64,000 nt of DNA from Candidatus Hydrogenedentota bacterium (GCA_963668025.2 CAXXTH010000003.1:64001-128000), one strand, 5' to 3'. Shown: positions 21,576 to 32,702, numbered from the stretch's first letter. The notes: a model not told the origin generated them from the sequence alone. Numbers and translations: made by a program.

Positions 21576-24500
21576 ATGTTATCAAGATTCTTTCTACAGC
21601 GCCCGGTGTTCGCTTGGGTCATCGCCATTGTTTTGATGGTGGCAGGCGCTCTAGCCATTTTCAAGCTCCCCATATCCCAGTATCCTCCTATCGCCCCCCC
21701 GTCGATTTCCATCAGTTCCTTTTATGCGGGAGCGTCGGCTGAAACTGTAGAGAATAGCGTCACCCAAATCATCGAACAGAAGATGACCGGTTTTGACAAG
21801 ATGCTCTATCTATCGGCTAGCAGTGATTCGTCTGGCTCCTCACGCGTGGAGTTGACCTTCGAGCCGGGAACGGATCCTGATCTCGCTTGGGCGCAAGTGC
21901 AGAATAAGCTCCAACTGGCCATGGCCAGCTTGCCGGAGGTAGTGCAGCGCTCCGGTGTAAAGGTGAGCAAAAGCACCCGCAACTATCTCATTGTCGTCGG
22001 CCTGGTATCGGAAGATGGCAGTATGGATGGGAATGATCTGCGGGACTATGCCGTATCCAGTCTAGAGAAAGTGCTTTCCCGGGTGCCTGGGGTGGGCGAG
22101 GTGGAGATCTTCGGCAGCCAATATGCCATGCGCGTCTGGGTGAACCCAGACAAGCTGACCGAATACCAGATGACGGTTCAGGATGTGGTCACGGCGCTGA
22201 AAGCCTATAACGTCCAGATCTCCGCCGGGCAATTCGGCGGAACGCCCGCTATCGAGGGCCAGCGCATGAATGCCGCCATTATCGTCCAAAGCTTGCTCAA
22301 GACTCCCGAGGAATTCGCATCGATTCCCCTGCGCATCAATCCAGATGGCTCCATCGTGCGGATTTCAGATATAGCACGGGTGGAACTCGGGACGGAAACC
22401 TATGACGTTGAAGTCTTTAATAATGGCAGGCCTTCCACGGGTATGGCGATCCGGCAAGCCGCAGGGGCGAATGCGCTGCAAACGGCTGATAATGTCCGCG
22501 CCAAACTGGCGGAGATGAGCAACTTTTTCCCGCCAGGCATGAAGGTGGTGTACCCCTATGACACCACTCCTTTTGTGCGTGTGGCGATCAAAGAAGTGGT
22601 CAAAACACTTTTTGAAGCAATCTTCTTAGTGTTTCTGGTGATGTATCTGTTCATGGGAAACATGCGGGCCACCCTGATCCCGACCATCGCCGTGCCTGTC
22701 GTTATCCTTGGAACCTTCGCTATCCTCGGATTGTTTGGTTATTCCATCAACATGCTGACGATGTTTGGCATGGTATTGGCCATAGGACTCTTAGTGGACG
22801 ACGCTATTGTCGTGGTGGAAAACGTCGAACGAATCATGGCCGAGGAAGGGCTGCCCCCGTTTGAAGCCACCCAAAAATCCATGGACCAAATCACCAGCGC
22901 GCTCATCGGCATCGGGCTGGTGCTGTCGGCTGTGTTCGGGCCGATGGCCTTTTTCACCGGTTCCACGGGCGTCATCTATCGCCAGTTTTCCGTGACGATT
23001 ATTGCATCCATGCTTCTCTCCGTGGTGGTGGCCTTGGTTCTCACCCCGGTGCTGTGCGCCTCGCTTCTCAAGCCGGTGCCCAAGGGGCACGAACCGGCGG
23101 AAGGCGGCTTCTGGCTTTTCCGGCCGTTCTTCCGGTGGTTTGACCGTTCCTTTTATGGTTTTAGGGCATTGTATCTAAAACTGGTATCCCATTCCTTAGC
23201 AAGGAAATTCCGATTCCTCGTGATCTTTTTGCTCATTGTGGTGGCGATGGGATATCTGTTCAAACGCATGCCCTCCGCCTATCTGCCGGATGAGGACCAA
23301 GGCATACTGATGATGCAGGCATTACTTCCCGCGAACTCGACCATCGAGCAGACCAAAGCGGTGCTTAAAGAAGTGCAGGATTACTTTCTGGAGAACGAAA
23401 AAGAGGCCGTGGACAGCGTGATGATGATCTCGGGTGCGAGCTTTTCTGGCCGGGGACAAAACTCGGGCATGGCTTTTGTACGCCTGAAGGATTGGGAGTA
23501 TCGCGAACGGCCGGAACTGAAAGTAACTGCCGTGGCTCAAAGAGCGATGGGCAGGTTCTCTCAAATTCGAAACGCCATGGTGTTTGCATTCGCGCCACCA
23601 GCCGTTATCGAATTAGGGCAGGCGAAAGGCTTCGATTTTGAGTTGATTGACCGGGGCGGCTTAGGCCATAACGAACTAATGGCGGCCCGCAATCAACTCC
23701 TCGGCATGGCTGCCAAGGATCCCGCATTGGCCAAAGTCCGCCCTAATGGCTTGGAAGATGTGCCTGAATACCGGATCGATGTGGATTGGGAAAAGGCCGG
23801 TGCGCAGCAAATACCGATTTCCTCGATCCATAATACGATCTCGGCGGCTTTCGGCAGCGCATACGTGAACGATTTCATTCAAGCCGGCCGGGTCAAGAGG
23901 GTCTATGTGCAAGCAGACGCCCCCTACCGCATGTTGCCGCAAGACCTCGAAAAGCTCTATGTGCGTAATAATGCAGGCAACATGGTGCCTTTCTCGTCGT
24001 TTGCATCCGGCCACTGGACTTCCGGTTCTCCAAAACTGGAACGCTTCAATGGCTTCCCATCCCTGAATATTCTAGGTGAGTCGGCGCCGGGAAAAAGCTC
24101 CGGTGAGGCCATGGCGGCGATGGAAAAGATTGTGAGGCAACTGCCGCAAGGAATCGGTTATGACTGGACCGGCCTTTCTTATCAGGAGCGGCAGGCGGGC
24201 GCGCAGGCGGCTCCGCTATACGCCTTTTCCATTCTGGTGATCTTCCTTTGTTTGGCGGCTCTCTACGAAAGCTGGCCGATCCCCATTTCGATCCTTCTAG
24301 CTCTGCCGCTGGGCGTGATCGGTGGCGTGATTGGTTCGAGCCTGCGAGGATTGCCCAATGATGTCTATTTCCAGATCGGCCTGCTGACCACGCTCGGCTT
24401 GACTACAAAGAATGCGATTCTGATCGTGCAGTTCGCAAAAACGCGCGTAGACGAAGGGATGGGGCTGATGGATGCAACCTTGGAAGCAGCAAAACTGCGG

Positions 24501-24749
24501 TTGCGTCCGATCATCATGACCTCGCTCGCATTTGGGTTCGGTGTTCTACCGCTGGCGATGGCGGACGGGGCGGGAGCCGGCGCTCAGAAGGCAATCGGCA
24601 CCGCCGTGCTGGGAGGCGTGGTGACCTCGACTTTCCTGGTGACCCTGTTCGCCCCGCTCTTCTATGTGTTGATTCAAAACACCTTTGGGAAAAAGAGCAA
24701 GCAACAAACGGTCATAACAGACAAGCCAAATCCGCCCGAGGCCGTCTGA
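21576..24749 (+). CDS. acrB: RND efflux permease (AcrB/MexB family)
   Basis: RPVFAWVIAI, AIGLLVDDAIVVVENVER, KNAILIV, RLRPIIMTSLAF. Confidence 0.95.
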   Translation: MLSRFFLQRPVFAWVIAIVLMVAGALAIFKLPISQYPPIAPPSISISSFYAGASAETVENSVTQIIEQKMTGFDKMLYLSASSDSSGSSRVELTFEPGTDPDLAWAQVQNKLQLAMASLPEVVQRSGVKVSKSTRNYLIVVGLVSEDGSMDGNDLRDYAVSSLEKVLSRVPGVGEVEIFGSQYAMRVWVNPDKLTEYQMTVQDVVTALKAYNVQISAGQFGGTPAIEGQRMNAAIIVQSLLKTPEEFASIPLRINPDGSIVRISDIARVELGTETYDVEVFNNGRPSTGMAIRQAAGANALQTADNVRAKLAEMSNFFPPGMKVVYPYDTTPFVRVAIKEVVKTLFEAIFLVFLVMYLFMGNMRATLIPTIAVPVVILGTFAILGLFGYSINMLTMFGMVLAIGLLVDDAIVVVENVERIMAEEGLPPFEATQKSMDQITSALIGIGLVLSAVFGPMAFFTGSTGVIYRQFSVTIIASMLLSVVVALVLTPVLCASLLKPVPKGHEPAEGGFWLFRPFFRWFDRSFYGFRALYLKLVSHSLARKFRFLVIFLLIVVAMGYLFKRMPSAYLPDEDQGILMMQALLPANSTIEQTKAVLKEVQDYFLENEKEAVDSVMMISGASFSGRGQNSGMAFVRLKDWEYRERPELKVTAVAQRAMGRFSQIRNAMVFAFAPPAVIELGQAKGFDFELIDRGGLGHNELMAARNQLLGMAAKDPALAKVRPNGLEDVPEYRIDVDWEKAGAQQIPISSIHNTISAAFGSAYVNDFIQAGRVKRVYVQADAPYRMLPQDLEKLYVRNNAGNMVPFSSFASGHWTSGSPKLERFNGFPSLNILGESAPGKSSGEAMAAMEKIVRQLPQGIGYDWTGLSYQERQAGAQAAPLYAFSILVIFLCLAALYESWPIPISILLALPLGVIGGVIGSSLRGLPNDVYFQIGLLTTLGLTTKNAILIVQFAKTRVDEGMGLMDATLEAAKLRLRPIIMTSLAFGFGVLPLAMADGAGAGAQKAIGTAVLGGVVTSTFLVTLFAPLFYVLIQNTFGKKSKQQTVITDKPNPPEAV

Positions 24750-24848
24750 AATGAAGACGAGTGCGTTCGCTCCGCCTTCATTGCCGTCGTTGCGTGCGGT
24801 TTTACTTAGTAGTGCTATTTAGGCTATTCAAAGGGAAAAGGCGCAAAT

Positions 24849-26453
24849 ATGAAAACCATTCATCTGTTGGCAATGGCCGCCACAGTCACTCTAGTATCCG
24901 GTTGTATGCTCGGCCCCGGCTACAAGCGGCCCGATCTTTCTGTACCGAAACAGTGGAGCGAGCCACTGGCGGGAGGCGAATCCGGCAAGACGCCCACGCA
25001 AGAAGAGTGGTGGGCGTCTTTCGGCGACACAACGCTAGATTCCTTAATCAAGCGCGCGATGGCCGATAGTTTCGATCTGCGTATTGTCGAAGCACGCCTG
25101 AAAGAGGCGCGGGCGCTCGAAGATATATCGGGCGCGGCGCTGTGGCCGCAGGTCAACGCCGCCGCCGCTTATCAGCGTTCCCAGGCCAGGAAAAGCGACA
25201 CGTCGTCCAGCGCCGGCATCAGCGCGGTGACCTTGACGCAGAATGGCCTATCGGTCACCAGCGCCGCGCCTGGCCCCTTCGGGACAAGGCTTTCCTCCAC
25301 GGGCGGCAGCAATACAAGCCTTACTATCAGCCCAGGGGCAAAAGCCCCCGAACGCCAGAGTGATTTTTTCCAGACGGGCTTTGACGCCAGTTGGGAACTA
25401 GATGTCTTTGGCGGGATTCGACGCGGGCAGGAAGCATCACGAGCGGACACGGAAGGTGTCGAAGAGATGCAACGGGACGTGCTGATCTCCGTGGCCGCCG
25501 AGGTGGCTCGAAACTACTTCAATTTGCGGTCTGTTCAGAGCAGGCTTGACACGGCAAAAAAGAATATTGACGCCCAAACGCAGAGTCTTGACTTGGCGCG
25601 TTCCCGGTTCCAGGCTGGGCTCACGGGGGAATTGGATGTCAAAACCGCCGAAGCGCAGTTAGCATCCTCCAAATCCGTCCTGCCCAATCTTGAGGCATTC
25701 GTTCAGATGACTATCCATCGGCTGGGCGTCCTTATTGGAGACGCGCCAGGCGCGCTGCAAGAGGAACTCGCCCCAAAAGCTCCGCTGGCCCCCGTTCCAC
25801 TTGAAGTGCCGGTGGGGTTGCCTGCTGACATCCTGCGCAACCGTCCTGATGTACGAGAAGCCGAACGCGCTGTAGCTGCCGCTACGGCCCGGATAGGTGT
25901 TGCCGAAGCGGACTTATATCCGCATTTCATATTGGGGGGCTCACTGACCGGCTCGAGCACGGAATTTGAAGGCATTACCCGCGGAGCGAACCGATTGTGG
26001 TCCTTTGGCCCAGAGATTCGCTGGCCCATCTTCGATGGCGGACGCATCCGCGCCAATATCCAAGTGCAAAACGCCCGCCAGGAACAGGCCATCACGGCCT
26101 ACGAACAAACAGTGATGCTGGCGTTGGAGGATGTAGAGAACGCATTGGTGGCCTACGCCAAGGAACAGAACAGCTTGATTTCATTGAACGAAGCTGTCGA
26201 AGCCAACCAGCGCGCCCTCGAGCTTGCGAAGCAGCTTTATGCCAACGGTTTGATTGATTTCCTCAATGTGCTCGACAGCGAACGCTCTCTTTTTGCCATT
26301 GAGGACCAACAGTTACAGAGCGAGGCGCTCGTCCTTACCAATCTCGTGGCCCTGTACAAAGCGCTTGGCGGCGGGTGGGAAAAGGCGTATCCCGAAAGAC
26401 TAGAGCAAAATGGCGCGGCTGCGCTTGAGGCGGTAAACTCACTTGCGCGCTAG
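24849..26453 (+). CDS. outer-membrane efflux lipoprotein (NodT/OprM family)
   Basis: VSG-C lipobox, WELDVFGG, RPDVREAE, LYKALGGGW. Confidence 0.93.
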   Translation: MKTIHLLAMAATVTLVSGCMLGPGYKRPDLSVPKQWSEPLAGGESGKTPTQEEWWASFGDTTLDSLIKRAMADSFDLRIVEARLKEARALEDISGAALWPQVNAAAAYQRSQARKSDTSSSAGISAVTLTQNGLSVTSAAPGPFGTRLSSTGGSNTSLTISPGAKAPERQSDFFQTGFDASWELDVFGGIRRGQEASRADTEGVEEMQRDVLISVAAEVARNYFNLRSVQSRLDTAKKNIDAQTQSLDLARSRFQAGLTGELDVKTAEAQLASSKSVLPNLEAFVQMTIHRLGVLIGDAPGALQEELAPKAPLAPVPLEVPVGLPADILRNRPDVREAERAVAAATARIGVAEADLYPHFILGGSLTGSSTEFEGITRGANRLWSFGPEIRWPIFDGGRIRANIQVQNARQEQAITAYEQTVMLALEDVENALVAYAKEQNSLISLNEAVEANQRALELAKQLYANGLIDFLNVLDSERSLFAIEDQQLQSEALVLTNLVALYKALGGGWEKAYPERLEQNGAAALEAVNSLAR

Positions 26454-26491
26454 AGCCGCATCCTATTGGCAAAGATCCATTATTATGATTT

Positions 26492-27064
26492 ATGAAGGGA
26501 GTTACTGGCCTACATAAGGAAAAAGAAATGCCCAGAAAAAAGCCATTGGCGTCGAAGATTGCTCCGTCCAGTATGGAAGAACGCATTAACGTGCTGAAAC
26601 GGAATCACGACCGTTTCTTGGTTCGCCTCATGTCATCCATTTCACGCACCTGCATTATGTACGGCTCCAAAGCGATAAGCCATTTCGGCATCAGCATGAG
26701 CCAGGCAATTGTACTGGGGGAACTATTCAGTAAAAATGGGTGCCGCCAGGATGATCTGCGTGTCTTTGTCACACTCGACAAAGGAAATATCACTCGCGCC
26801 CTTCAACGGCTGGAAGAATATGGACTCGTTCAACGCAGGCAAGATCCCGTGGACCGGCGCGTAGTCCGAGTGTATGTCACCAGAAAGGCCCTTTCGATAG
26901 AACTTGAAATGTATGCGCTTGCCACGCTTTTAGACGACAAACTTACTGCGGGATTCACGCAGGAGGAACGTGAAACATTAGTTACTCTCCTGCTTCGGAT
27001 AGATGCAAACGCCAAGGCTATGGCCAAAAAAAATGAGGTTCAATCGGACTGCAAAGAGAATTAA
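26492..27064 (+). CDS. MarR-family transcriptional regulator
   Basis: DKGNITRALQRLEEYGLVQR..DPVDRRVVRVYVT; lies directly after the efflux genes. Confidence 0.88.
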   Translation: MKGVTGLHKEKEMPRKKPLASKIAPSSMEERINVLKRNHDRFLVRLMSSISRTCIMYGSKAISHFGISMSQAIVLGELFSKNGCRQDDLRVFVTLDKGNITRALQRLEEYGLVQRRQDPVDRRVVRVYVTRKALSIELEMYALATLLDDKLTAGFTQEERETLVTLLLRIDANAKAMAKKNEVQSDCKEN

Positions 27065-27801
27065 AACAGTCCTGGTTTATTGACAAGGACTAAATTGCTT
27101 ATTGGAACCCATCCGCGTTTGCCCTGTTCCGTTGCAATGCGCGCCCATTCTCCCCGGAGCCGCTCCACTCGCACGCGATCTCCTTCGTGCAGTTCAAATC
27201 GGACCGGCTCCATGGAGCTGGCTCCATAATGCACCGGCAAGATGTCCGCGTTCGCCACCGCCAACGATGCGGGATGTGCTTTAACCCATGCCGAACAAAT
27301 GAACGCCAGCGCACAAAACGCCAATATAACCGTTGCTCCACGGAGATACCGTATCGAGCGCCAGCAACGTATCGCCAGCGCCGCCCAAAATCCCCACCAG
27401 GCCGCCATCGCGGCCAGATACGCCGTGCTGGGAGCCAGCGCCGCATGCCAGAAAAACAGTATGCGTTCCCAATCCGGCGGCGCGGGCGGCTCCATTTTGT
27501 CTTGAGTGTGTTGAACGCATTGGGCCAGATTGCTCCGGGCGCTATCCATTCCAGGTTCGAGCTGTAATGACCGTTCGTAATTCGCAATAGCAGGCGCTAA
27601 ACGCCCCAAGCGGTAATCGCAGTTGCCTAAGTTATAATAGATAGCGGCGTTTGCCTCGCATTCCGCCTCCAGTTCCGAAAACAAGCTGGACGCCGCCTCA
27701 TACTCATCCTGGGCATACAGCTCTACGGCGCGGTCGAATAGCTCCTGATGCGGTGATGCGGCGGCGAACGCGATAGTTATTGCGGCCAGGGCAAACATCA
27801 C
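27061..27801 (-). CDS. batE: BatE-like TPR/SH3 protein
   Basis: YYNLGNCDYRLG, two TMs, FELHEG...GWV SH3-like end; operon position. Confidence 0.8.
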   Translation of the reverse strand: MMFALAAITIAFAAASPHQELFDRAVELYAQDEYEAASSLFSELEAECEANAAIYYNLGNCDYRLGRLAPAIANYERSLQLEPGMDSARSNLAQCVQHTQDKMEPPAPPDWERILFFWHAALAPSTAYLAAMAAWWGFWAALAIRCWRSIRYLRGATVILAFCALAFICSAWVKAHPASLAVANADILPVHYGASSMEPVRFELHEGDRVRVERLRGEWARIATEQGKRGWVPISNLVLVNKPGLF

Positions 27802-29597
27802 GCCTTCCTCTCAAACGCCGCATCAAGGGCGTCCATGGTTGTTTCAACTCGATGGGCTAGGCTTTTCACAGCCATCGACGAAAGGCCTTCACCGGCGTAA
27901 CGGGTCCGTTCGCATTCTCGTAACAGATCTACGATTTGGGCGCGCAAACCATTCTCCAATTGGTGTTGCTCCAACATACGGCCCGCGTCCTGTGGGGTCA
28001 AACTTGCCGCTTCGACTGCATATTTATCCGCTATATACCCCATCAACGCGTGATACGCCCGTTCCGTGGGGTCATGCTCCCGATGGCGGGCATATAGCCT
28101 GTGCTGGGCGCGCGTTCGCGCACGCCGCGCCCGTACACAAGCGGATTCACCCGGCTTGCGGCGGCGTGCGAATTGAATCGCCAAGAAACAGCCGAACACG
28201 AAAGCGGGGGGGAGGAGCCAGGTGGCAATCTCCAGCGTATCATCATGTTTTGGACGCAGAGAACCAGCGATATTCATGATAGGCCGTATATCTTCATCCT
28301 CTTCTTTTTCCACAACCAACGGTTTTTCATTTGTAACCGCGCCGTTTGATGTAGCGGTGAGGGTAAAAGGGCCAGCTTGTTCCGTCACATAATGCTCAAG
28401 CGTTGGGTCAAAATAGCAGAAATCCAAAGCGGGAATCTGTATCTGGCCTGCGGTGTGGGGAGTGATTTGATATATGAATACTTTCTCGAAGGCAGGTTCG
28501 CTGGATAGTGAAATGGGGCGGACTCGAGTTTCCGGGCGTGAAACGGATGCCCCATCGATAGGAGGAAACTCGGGCGGGCTGATGGCGTTAGGATTCCCAT
28601 TGCCCACAATAGTCAAGTGAAAATCCGCTGGAGTGCCTACTGGAGACACGCCCGCTCCCATATCTCCCCGCAATTTGAATTGGCCCACTGCCCCACTGAA
28701 CGCCGCTGGCGGCTCGGGAAGCGGTTTAACTTGTATGGCGACAGGCTCCGCCTCGGCTTGAAACTCCTTGCGTTCGATGCCTCCTTGTGCGGTTTCGATA
28801 TAAGTTTGGCCTGCATATTGCCATGTCCCGACGGATAATTGCCCGGCGGCGGCAGGGTAGAGGGCGTACAGGCGCTCATGCCGGATACTATATCGTTCTT
28901 GGTCCCAGGCCGTTTTCGCATCTGGTTGGAGTACACTATCGTCAAGCCGGATGACATAAAAGCCTTCCACCGCTGGCTCTGTAATGCGGATATCTTGGAA
29001 ACGCATGGGGGTGTTCTTATCCTCAATGCACAATAACCGCAAGAGGATAGGTTCATTTACATAGGCGTCAAGCTTATCGGGCGACGATAGAACATGCACC
29101 CATTCTTCCCGGGTAGGAGATAACACCGTTTCAGTTGGCGTGGGGGAGGGCATTCGCGAAGAACGTTTCGGGCGTATAAGCATTGAATCTGGCTCGACCT
29201 GTAAACTTAGAGGGGCGCTTTCATGTATTTCGCCATCTATCTCGATGCGAATAGGCGGAATGCGGAGCAGGCCATCCCGAAAAGTCCGCGCATCGTACAT
29301 CCTCACGATGGAACGTTCCATGTGGTAATTCACCATGTTGGAAGTATCCCGGCGGTAAGCGGGAATAGGATTGATTCTGATTCCATCGCATTCCGGCAGC
29401 ATAGGCTCTCCAACCGAAATCCCATGCGCCTCTACGGTAATGCGGAATGCTTCATTCGTACGGAGCTCCTCCGTGGAGGCCGTGGCTTTAATCGCCGATT
29501 CTTCTGAACGGGCTTTATGCATCGGCAGCATCATCGAAACAACACAAAACACCCAGGCTGCAGCGAGGAAATGGAATTGTCCTGGATTTACCACCAT
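27798..29597 (-). CDS. batD: BatD-family protein
   Basis: IPPIRIEIDG, VKPLP...FSGAVGQF, GNGN, YFDP, C-terminal TM. Confidence 0.8.
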   Translation of the reverse strand: MVVNPGQFHFLAAAWVFCVVSMMLPMHKARSEESAIKATASTEELRTNEAFRITVEAHGISVGEPMLPECDGIRINPIPAYRRDTSNMVNYHMERSIVRMYDARTFRDGLLRIPPIRIEIDGEIHESAPLSLQVEPDSMLIRPKRSSRMPSPTPTETVLSPTREEWVHVLSSPDKLDAYVNEPILLRLLCIEDKNTPMRFQDIRITEPAVEGFYVIRLDDSVLQPDAKTAWDQERYSIRHERLYALYPAAAGQLSVGTWQYAGQTYIETAQGGIERKEFQAEAEPVAIQVKPLPEPPAAFSGAVGQFKLRGDMGAGVSPVGTPADFHLTIVGNGNPNAISPPEFPPIDGASVSRPETRVRPISLSSEPAFEKVFIYQITPHTAGQIQIPALDFCYFDPTLEHYVTEQAGPFTLTATSNGAVTNEKPLVVEKEEDEDIRPIMNIAGSLRPKHDDTLEIATWLLPPAFVFGCFLAIQFARRRKPGESACVRARRARTRAQHRLYARHREHDPTERAYHALMGYIADKYAVEAASLTPQDAGRMLEQHQLENGLRAQIVDLLRECERTRYAGEGLSSMAVKSLAHRVETTMDALDAAFERKA

Positions 29598-31564
29598 TCC
29601 CTCCGGGTGCGCTGCTCGGGCGGGCCTGAACGCATGAGCCGCTGTTCCCGCTGATCAATGTCTTCCAGCGATTGGAGAATAGCCTCTGCGGCGCGGCGGT
29701 CTATCGAGTGGCCGTTCGCTTTGGTGTTGGGCTCGGAAGCATCCATGGGAGCGGCGTCATGTTCCTTTTCCGGGGATTCCTCCCCATCCTTGCCCGAGGA
29801 TTCTGGCTGGCTGGATTCAGGCAATTCTTGTTTCGGTTGCTCTTGCTGGGATTCCGTCGTTTTAGATTCCGGCTGTTCATTGGGCTGAGGGCCTTGGCCA
29901 GCATGTGAACCCACATCAGGCGCGGGCTTTTGCTCCTGCTCAGGCGGCTGTTGAAGCAATTTCTTGAGTTGGTATTGCACGTGGTCCAGATTCTGCCGCG
30001 CTTCTTTGAAATCCGGATACTGCGCCAAAAGCGCATGATACCCTTCAATGGCCTTGCGGAAAGCAGGCACTATCTGTTCGATATCGCCGCGATGGACGCC
30101 CATTATCGCCGTTCGGGCGGCGCAATTAACACCGTTAAATGCGGCGTTACGGTGAAAAATACCTTCTGATTCGGCGGCAGCTTGTTCAAACGCCGCCCGT
30201 GCATGCTCGAAGGCGGCGGCGGCGTCTTCGAAGCTATCCACGGTGGCATGTTGTTCCGCGGACGCATAATATGCACAGCCTATTGCGTACTGAAGAAAAG
30301 GCGAATCCGGCTCTTCGATCTGCAATTCCCGAAATAGCGGCAGGGCTTGTTCAGCGTCTCCGCTGCGGACAAAGGCGTTGCCGTGTTTCAAACGCGCGCT
30401 GAAAGACTCCGCGCCAGCGCCAGCCGCCCCCGCCAGAAGGCAGGCGGCCACAAGCAGAGCGGTAGGATGGAATCGCCTTGCTGGCGAAGGCGCTTGGGGC
30501 TGCTGCTTCGTCTCGCGCCGCATGCGCCGGGCGCGAACCAAGGGCATTAAGACGATCCAAAAGCCTTCCGATGCAAAGCACAAAATAGCGCCTAACAAAG
30601 GCCATTGGTATCGGTTGGTCTGATGGCTGCGCATTTCGCTATCCACGTTCCGCGCCGCAATGCTGCGGAATAGGGCCTTGAGCTGGCCAGCATTCCAGTC
30701 CGGGGATTGAGCGCGCACATATTCGCCTCCGCCAGCGCGCGCCATGTTTGCCAGGTTTTCTTCATCCAGAATGGACAAGTGGGAGCCTTCGCCGCTTGCG
30801 TCCGTTTGGCACGGAGACCATTCTGGCGGCGGCACAAGCGCTCCTCCCGGGCTTCCAATACCGAGTGCAAACACACGGGCATACTCCGCCAATTCTTGAA
30901 CCGCAGCCATCGTGTCGCCGGATACCTGCTCGCCGTCGGAGACGAAAAGCACCGCCCGCGAATTCGGCTCCGAGGCGGCTCCACGTTCCCGCTCATCATC
31001 CAAGAGCTTGCGCGCTACGCGCAGTGCAACAGCCAAATCAGTGCCCTTTTGGCTGATGGTATGGGTGTCTACGGAATCGAGTACGGCGCGGAAGTAGCTG
31101 CGGTCGAGTGTAAATGGGCACTGGAGAATTGCCGCGCCAGCGAAGGCGATAAGCCCAAAACGGTCCTCGGGGGATTGCTCCGCGAGTAGGGCGATGCTGC
31201 TTTTGGCGCACATCAAGCGGCTGGGAGGGAAGTCGTCCGCACGCATGCTCTCCGATGTATCGAGCAATACCAAGATGTCGCGGCTTTCATGCAAGGTTTC
31301 TTCTTGCGTTTGGCCCCAATGCGGCTGGGCGAACGCCAAAGCCAGCAAAGCGAAACCGGCCAGCGCCAGCCAAGCCAAAGGTTTTCGGATGGATTCATCA
31401 TACCCATGGAGCAGCCGGGGCGCTAAAGCCGCCTCGACGAACTGTGTTATCCGCGCTTTTCGACGGCGTTCTAACACATATATTCCCCATGCCAAAGCCG
31501 CCCAGACTGCTAAAGCCATGGCGGCCCATATAGGCCACATGCTATTGGGAAATATGAATTGCAT
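29588..31564 (-). CDS. batB: vWA protein with C-terminal TPR and Gln/Glu-rich tail (BatB/BatC-like fusion)
   Basis: AQPHWG, DTSESM MIDAS, FAG, SDGE, TPRs, QEQ-rich tail, ends in W. Confidence 0.8.
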   Translation of the reverse strand: MQFIFPNSMWPIWAAMALAVWAALAWGIYVLERRRKARITQFVEAALAPRLLHGYDESIRKPLAWLALAGFALLALAFAQPHWGQTQEETLHESRDILVLLDTSESMRADDFPPSRLMCAKSSIALLAEQSPEDRFGLIAFAGAAILQCPFTLDRSYFRAVLDSVDTHTISQKGTDLAVALRVARKLLDDERERGAASEPNSRAVLFVSDGEQVSGDTMAAVQELAEYARVFALGIGSPGGALVPPPEWSPCQTDASGEGSHLSILDEENLANMARAGGGEYVRAQSPDWNAGQLKALFRSIAARNVDSEMRSHQTNRYQWPLLGAILCFASEGFWIVLMPLVRARRMRRETKQQPQAPSPARRFHPTALLVAACLLAGAAGAGAESFSARLKHGNAFVRSGDAEQALPLFRELQIEEPDSPFLQYAIGCAYYASAEQHATVDSFEDAAAAFEHARAAFEQAAAESEGIFHRNAAFNGVNCAARTAIMGVHRGDIEQIVPAFRKAIEGYHALLAQYPDFKEARQNLDHVQYQLKKLLQQPPEQEQKPAPDVGSHAGQGPQPNEQPESKTTESQQEQPKQELPESSQPESSGKDGEESPEKEHDAAPMDASEPNTKANGHSIDRRAAEAILQSLEDIDQREQRLMRSGPPEQRTRREWW

Positions 31565-31655
31565 GTTTAATAATTCCTACATCAACAGTATAGCCATCCC
31601 CGGAGGCGGGAATGGGGCAGTGGCAGTACATGGTGCATATGCAATTTCCGCCTCC

Positions 31656-32702
31656 TCATGGAATAGGATCAAACCACATACGGCGGCTGAACAACGACAA
31701 ACCCATCAGCAAAGCCCCCGCCGCCGCCCAAGGCAGGAACCGATCTTCATAATCCACATATCCCATTACTTCAATGGGCGTGGTTTCGAGTTCGTTGATC
31801 TCCACATAGGCTTTCTGGATAGCCGAGGAGTCGGTCGCCCGGAAGAACTTGCCTCCCGTGGCCTGGGCGATTTTCGTCAAGGATTCCGCATCCACGGGAA
31901 TGCGCATCCGCACGATTTGCTCACCGAGAGGAGTTTGGCGAGGTATAAACACCTGGCCATCCGAACCGGCGCCGATAGTGTAGATGCGGATGCCATATTC
32001 CGCGGCGATGCGGGCCGCCGTAATGGGGTCCAGTTCGCCCTTGTTGTTTTGGCCGTCCGTGAGCAGGATGATTACCTTCGAGGCGGCTTTCGAGTCCTTC
32101 AATTTGCTCGCGGCCAAGCCGATGGCGGAACCGATGGCGGTGCCGTTTTTCAACGGCTCGCCCGATTCCACCTTGGCGTCGTCGAGGCCTTGCTCGATGG
32201 CTCCATAGTCCAGCGTCAGCGGAATCTGGGTCCATGCGTATCCCGCGTACAGGATGAGTCCAAGCCGGTCAACGCCGAAGCGGTCATGGATGCGCATTTT
32301 ACGGCTGTCGATGAAGTCGTGAACGGCGGCCTTAGTGACGTATAACCGGTCATGAGGACGCCCGCCCGTCGAGAAATCCATGGCGCGCATGCTGCCCGAT
32401 ACATCCACGCACAGCATGATATCGACCACATCCGCATGCTCGATGCGAGGACGCAGCCCGCTCAGCGGACGCGCCAAGGCCACCAGCAGCAGAGCCAGCC
32501 CGCAAGCGCGCAGTAATGCGGGCAGCCGCCGCATCCAAGGCAGGCCCCGGCTGCGAATACGCCCCAATATTTCGCCCGTCGATATCGACAGCGCGCCCGG
32601 CGCTTTGGCGAACCATTCCGCCCCGAGCAGGAGCGCTACGGCGGGAAGCAGCAGCAAGGCCTCTGGATGCATGAGTTTCTCGAAATAAAAGGCATGCATC
32701 AT
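31656..32702 (-). CDS. batA: vWA domain protein BatA
   Basis: ALARP, DVSGSM MIDAS, GTAIGSAIG, LLTDGQNNKG, YTIGAG, TGGKFFRA. Confidence 0.88.
   Translation of the reverse strand: MMHAFYFEKLMHPEALLLLPAVALLLGAEWFAKAPGALSISTGEILGRIRSRGLPWMRRLPALLRACGLALLLVALARPLSGLRPRIEHADVVDIMLCVDVSGSMRAMDFSTGGRPHDRLYVTKAAVHDFIDSRKMRIHDRFGVDRLGLILYAGYAWTQIPLTLDYGAIEQGLDDAKVESGEPLKNGTAIGSAIGLAASKLKDSKAASKVIILLTDGQNNKGELDPITAARIAAEYGIRIYTIGAGSDGQVFIPRQTPLGEQIVRMRIPVDAESLTKIAQATGGKFFRATDSSAIQKAYVEINELETTPIEVMGYVDYEDRFLPWAAAGALLMGLSLFSRRMWFDPIP

Noticed and set aside
19640-27064. Efflux locus as a genomic island
   Set aside because: No integrase, tRNA or flanking direct repeats were found.
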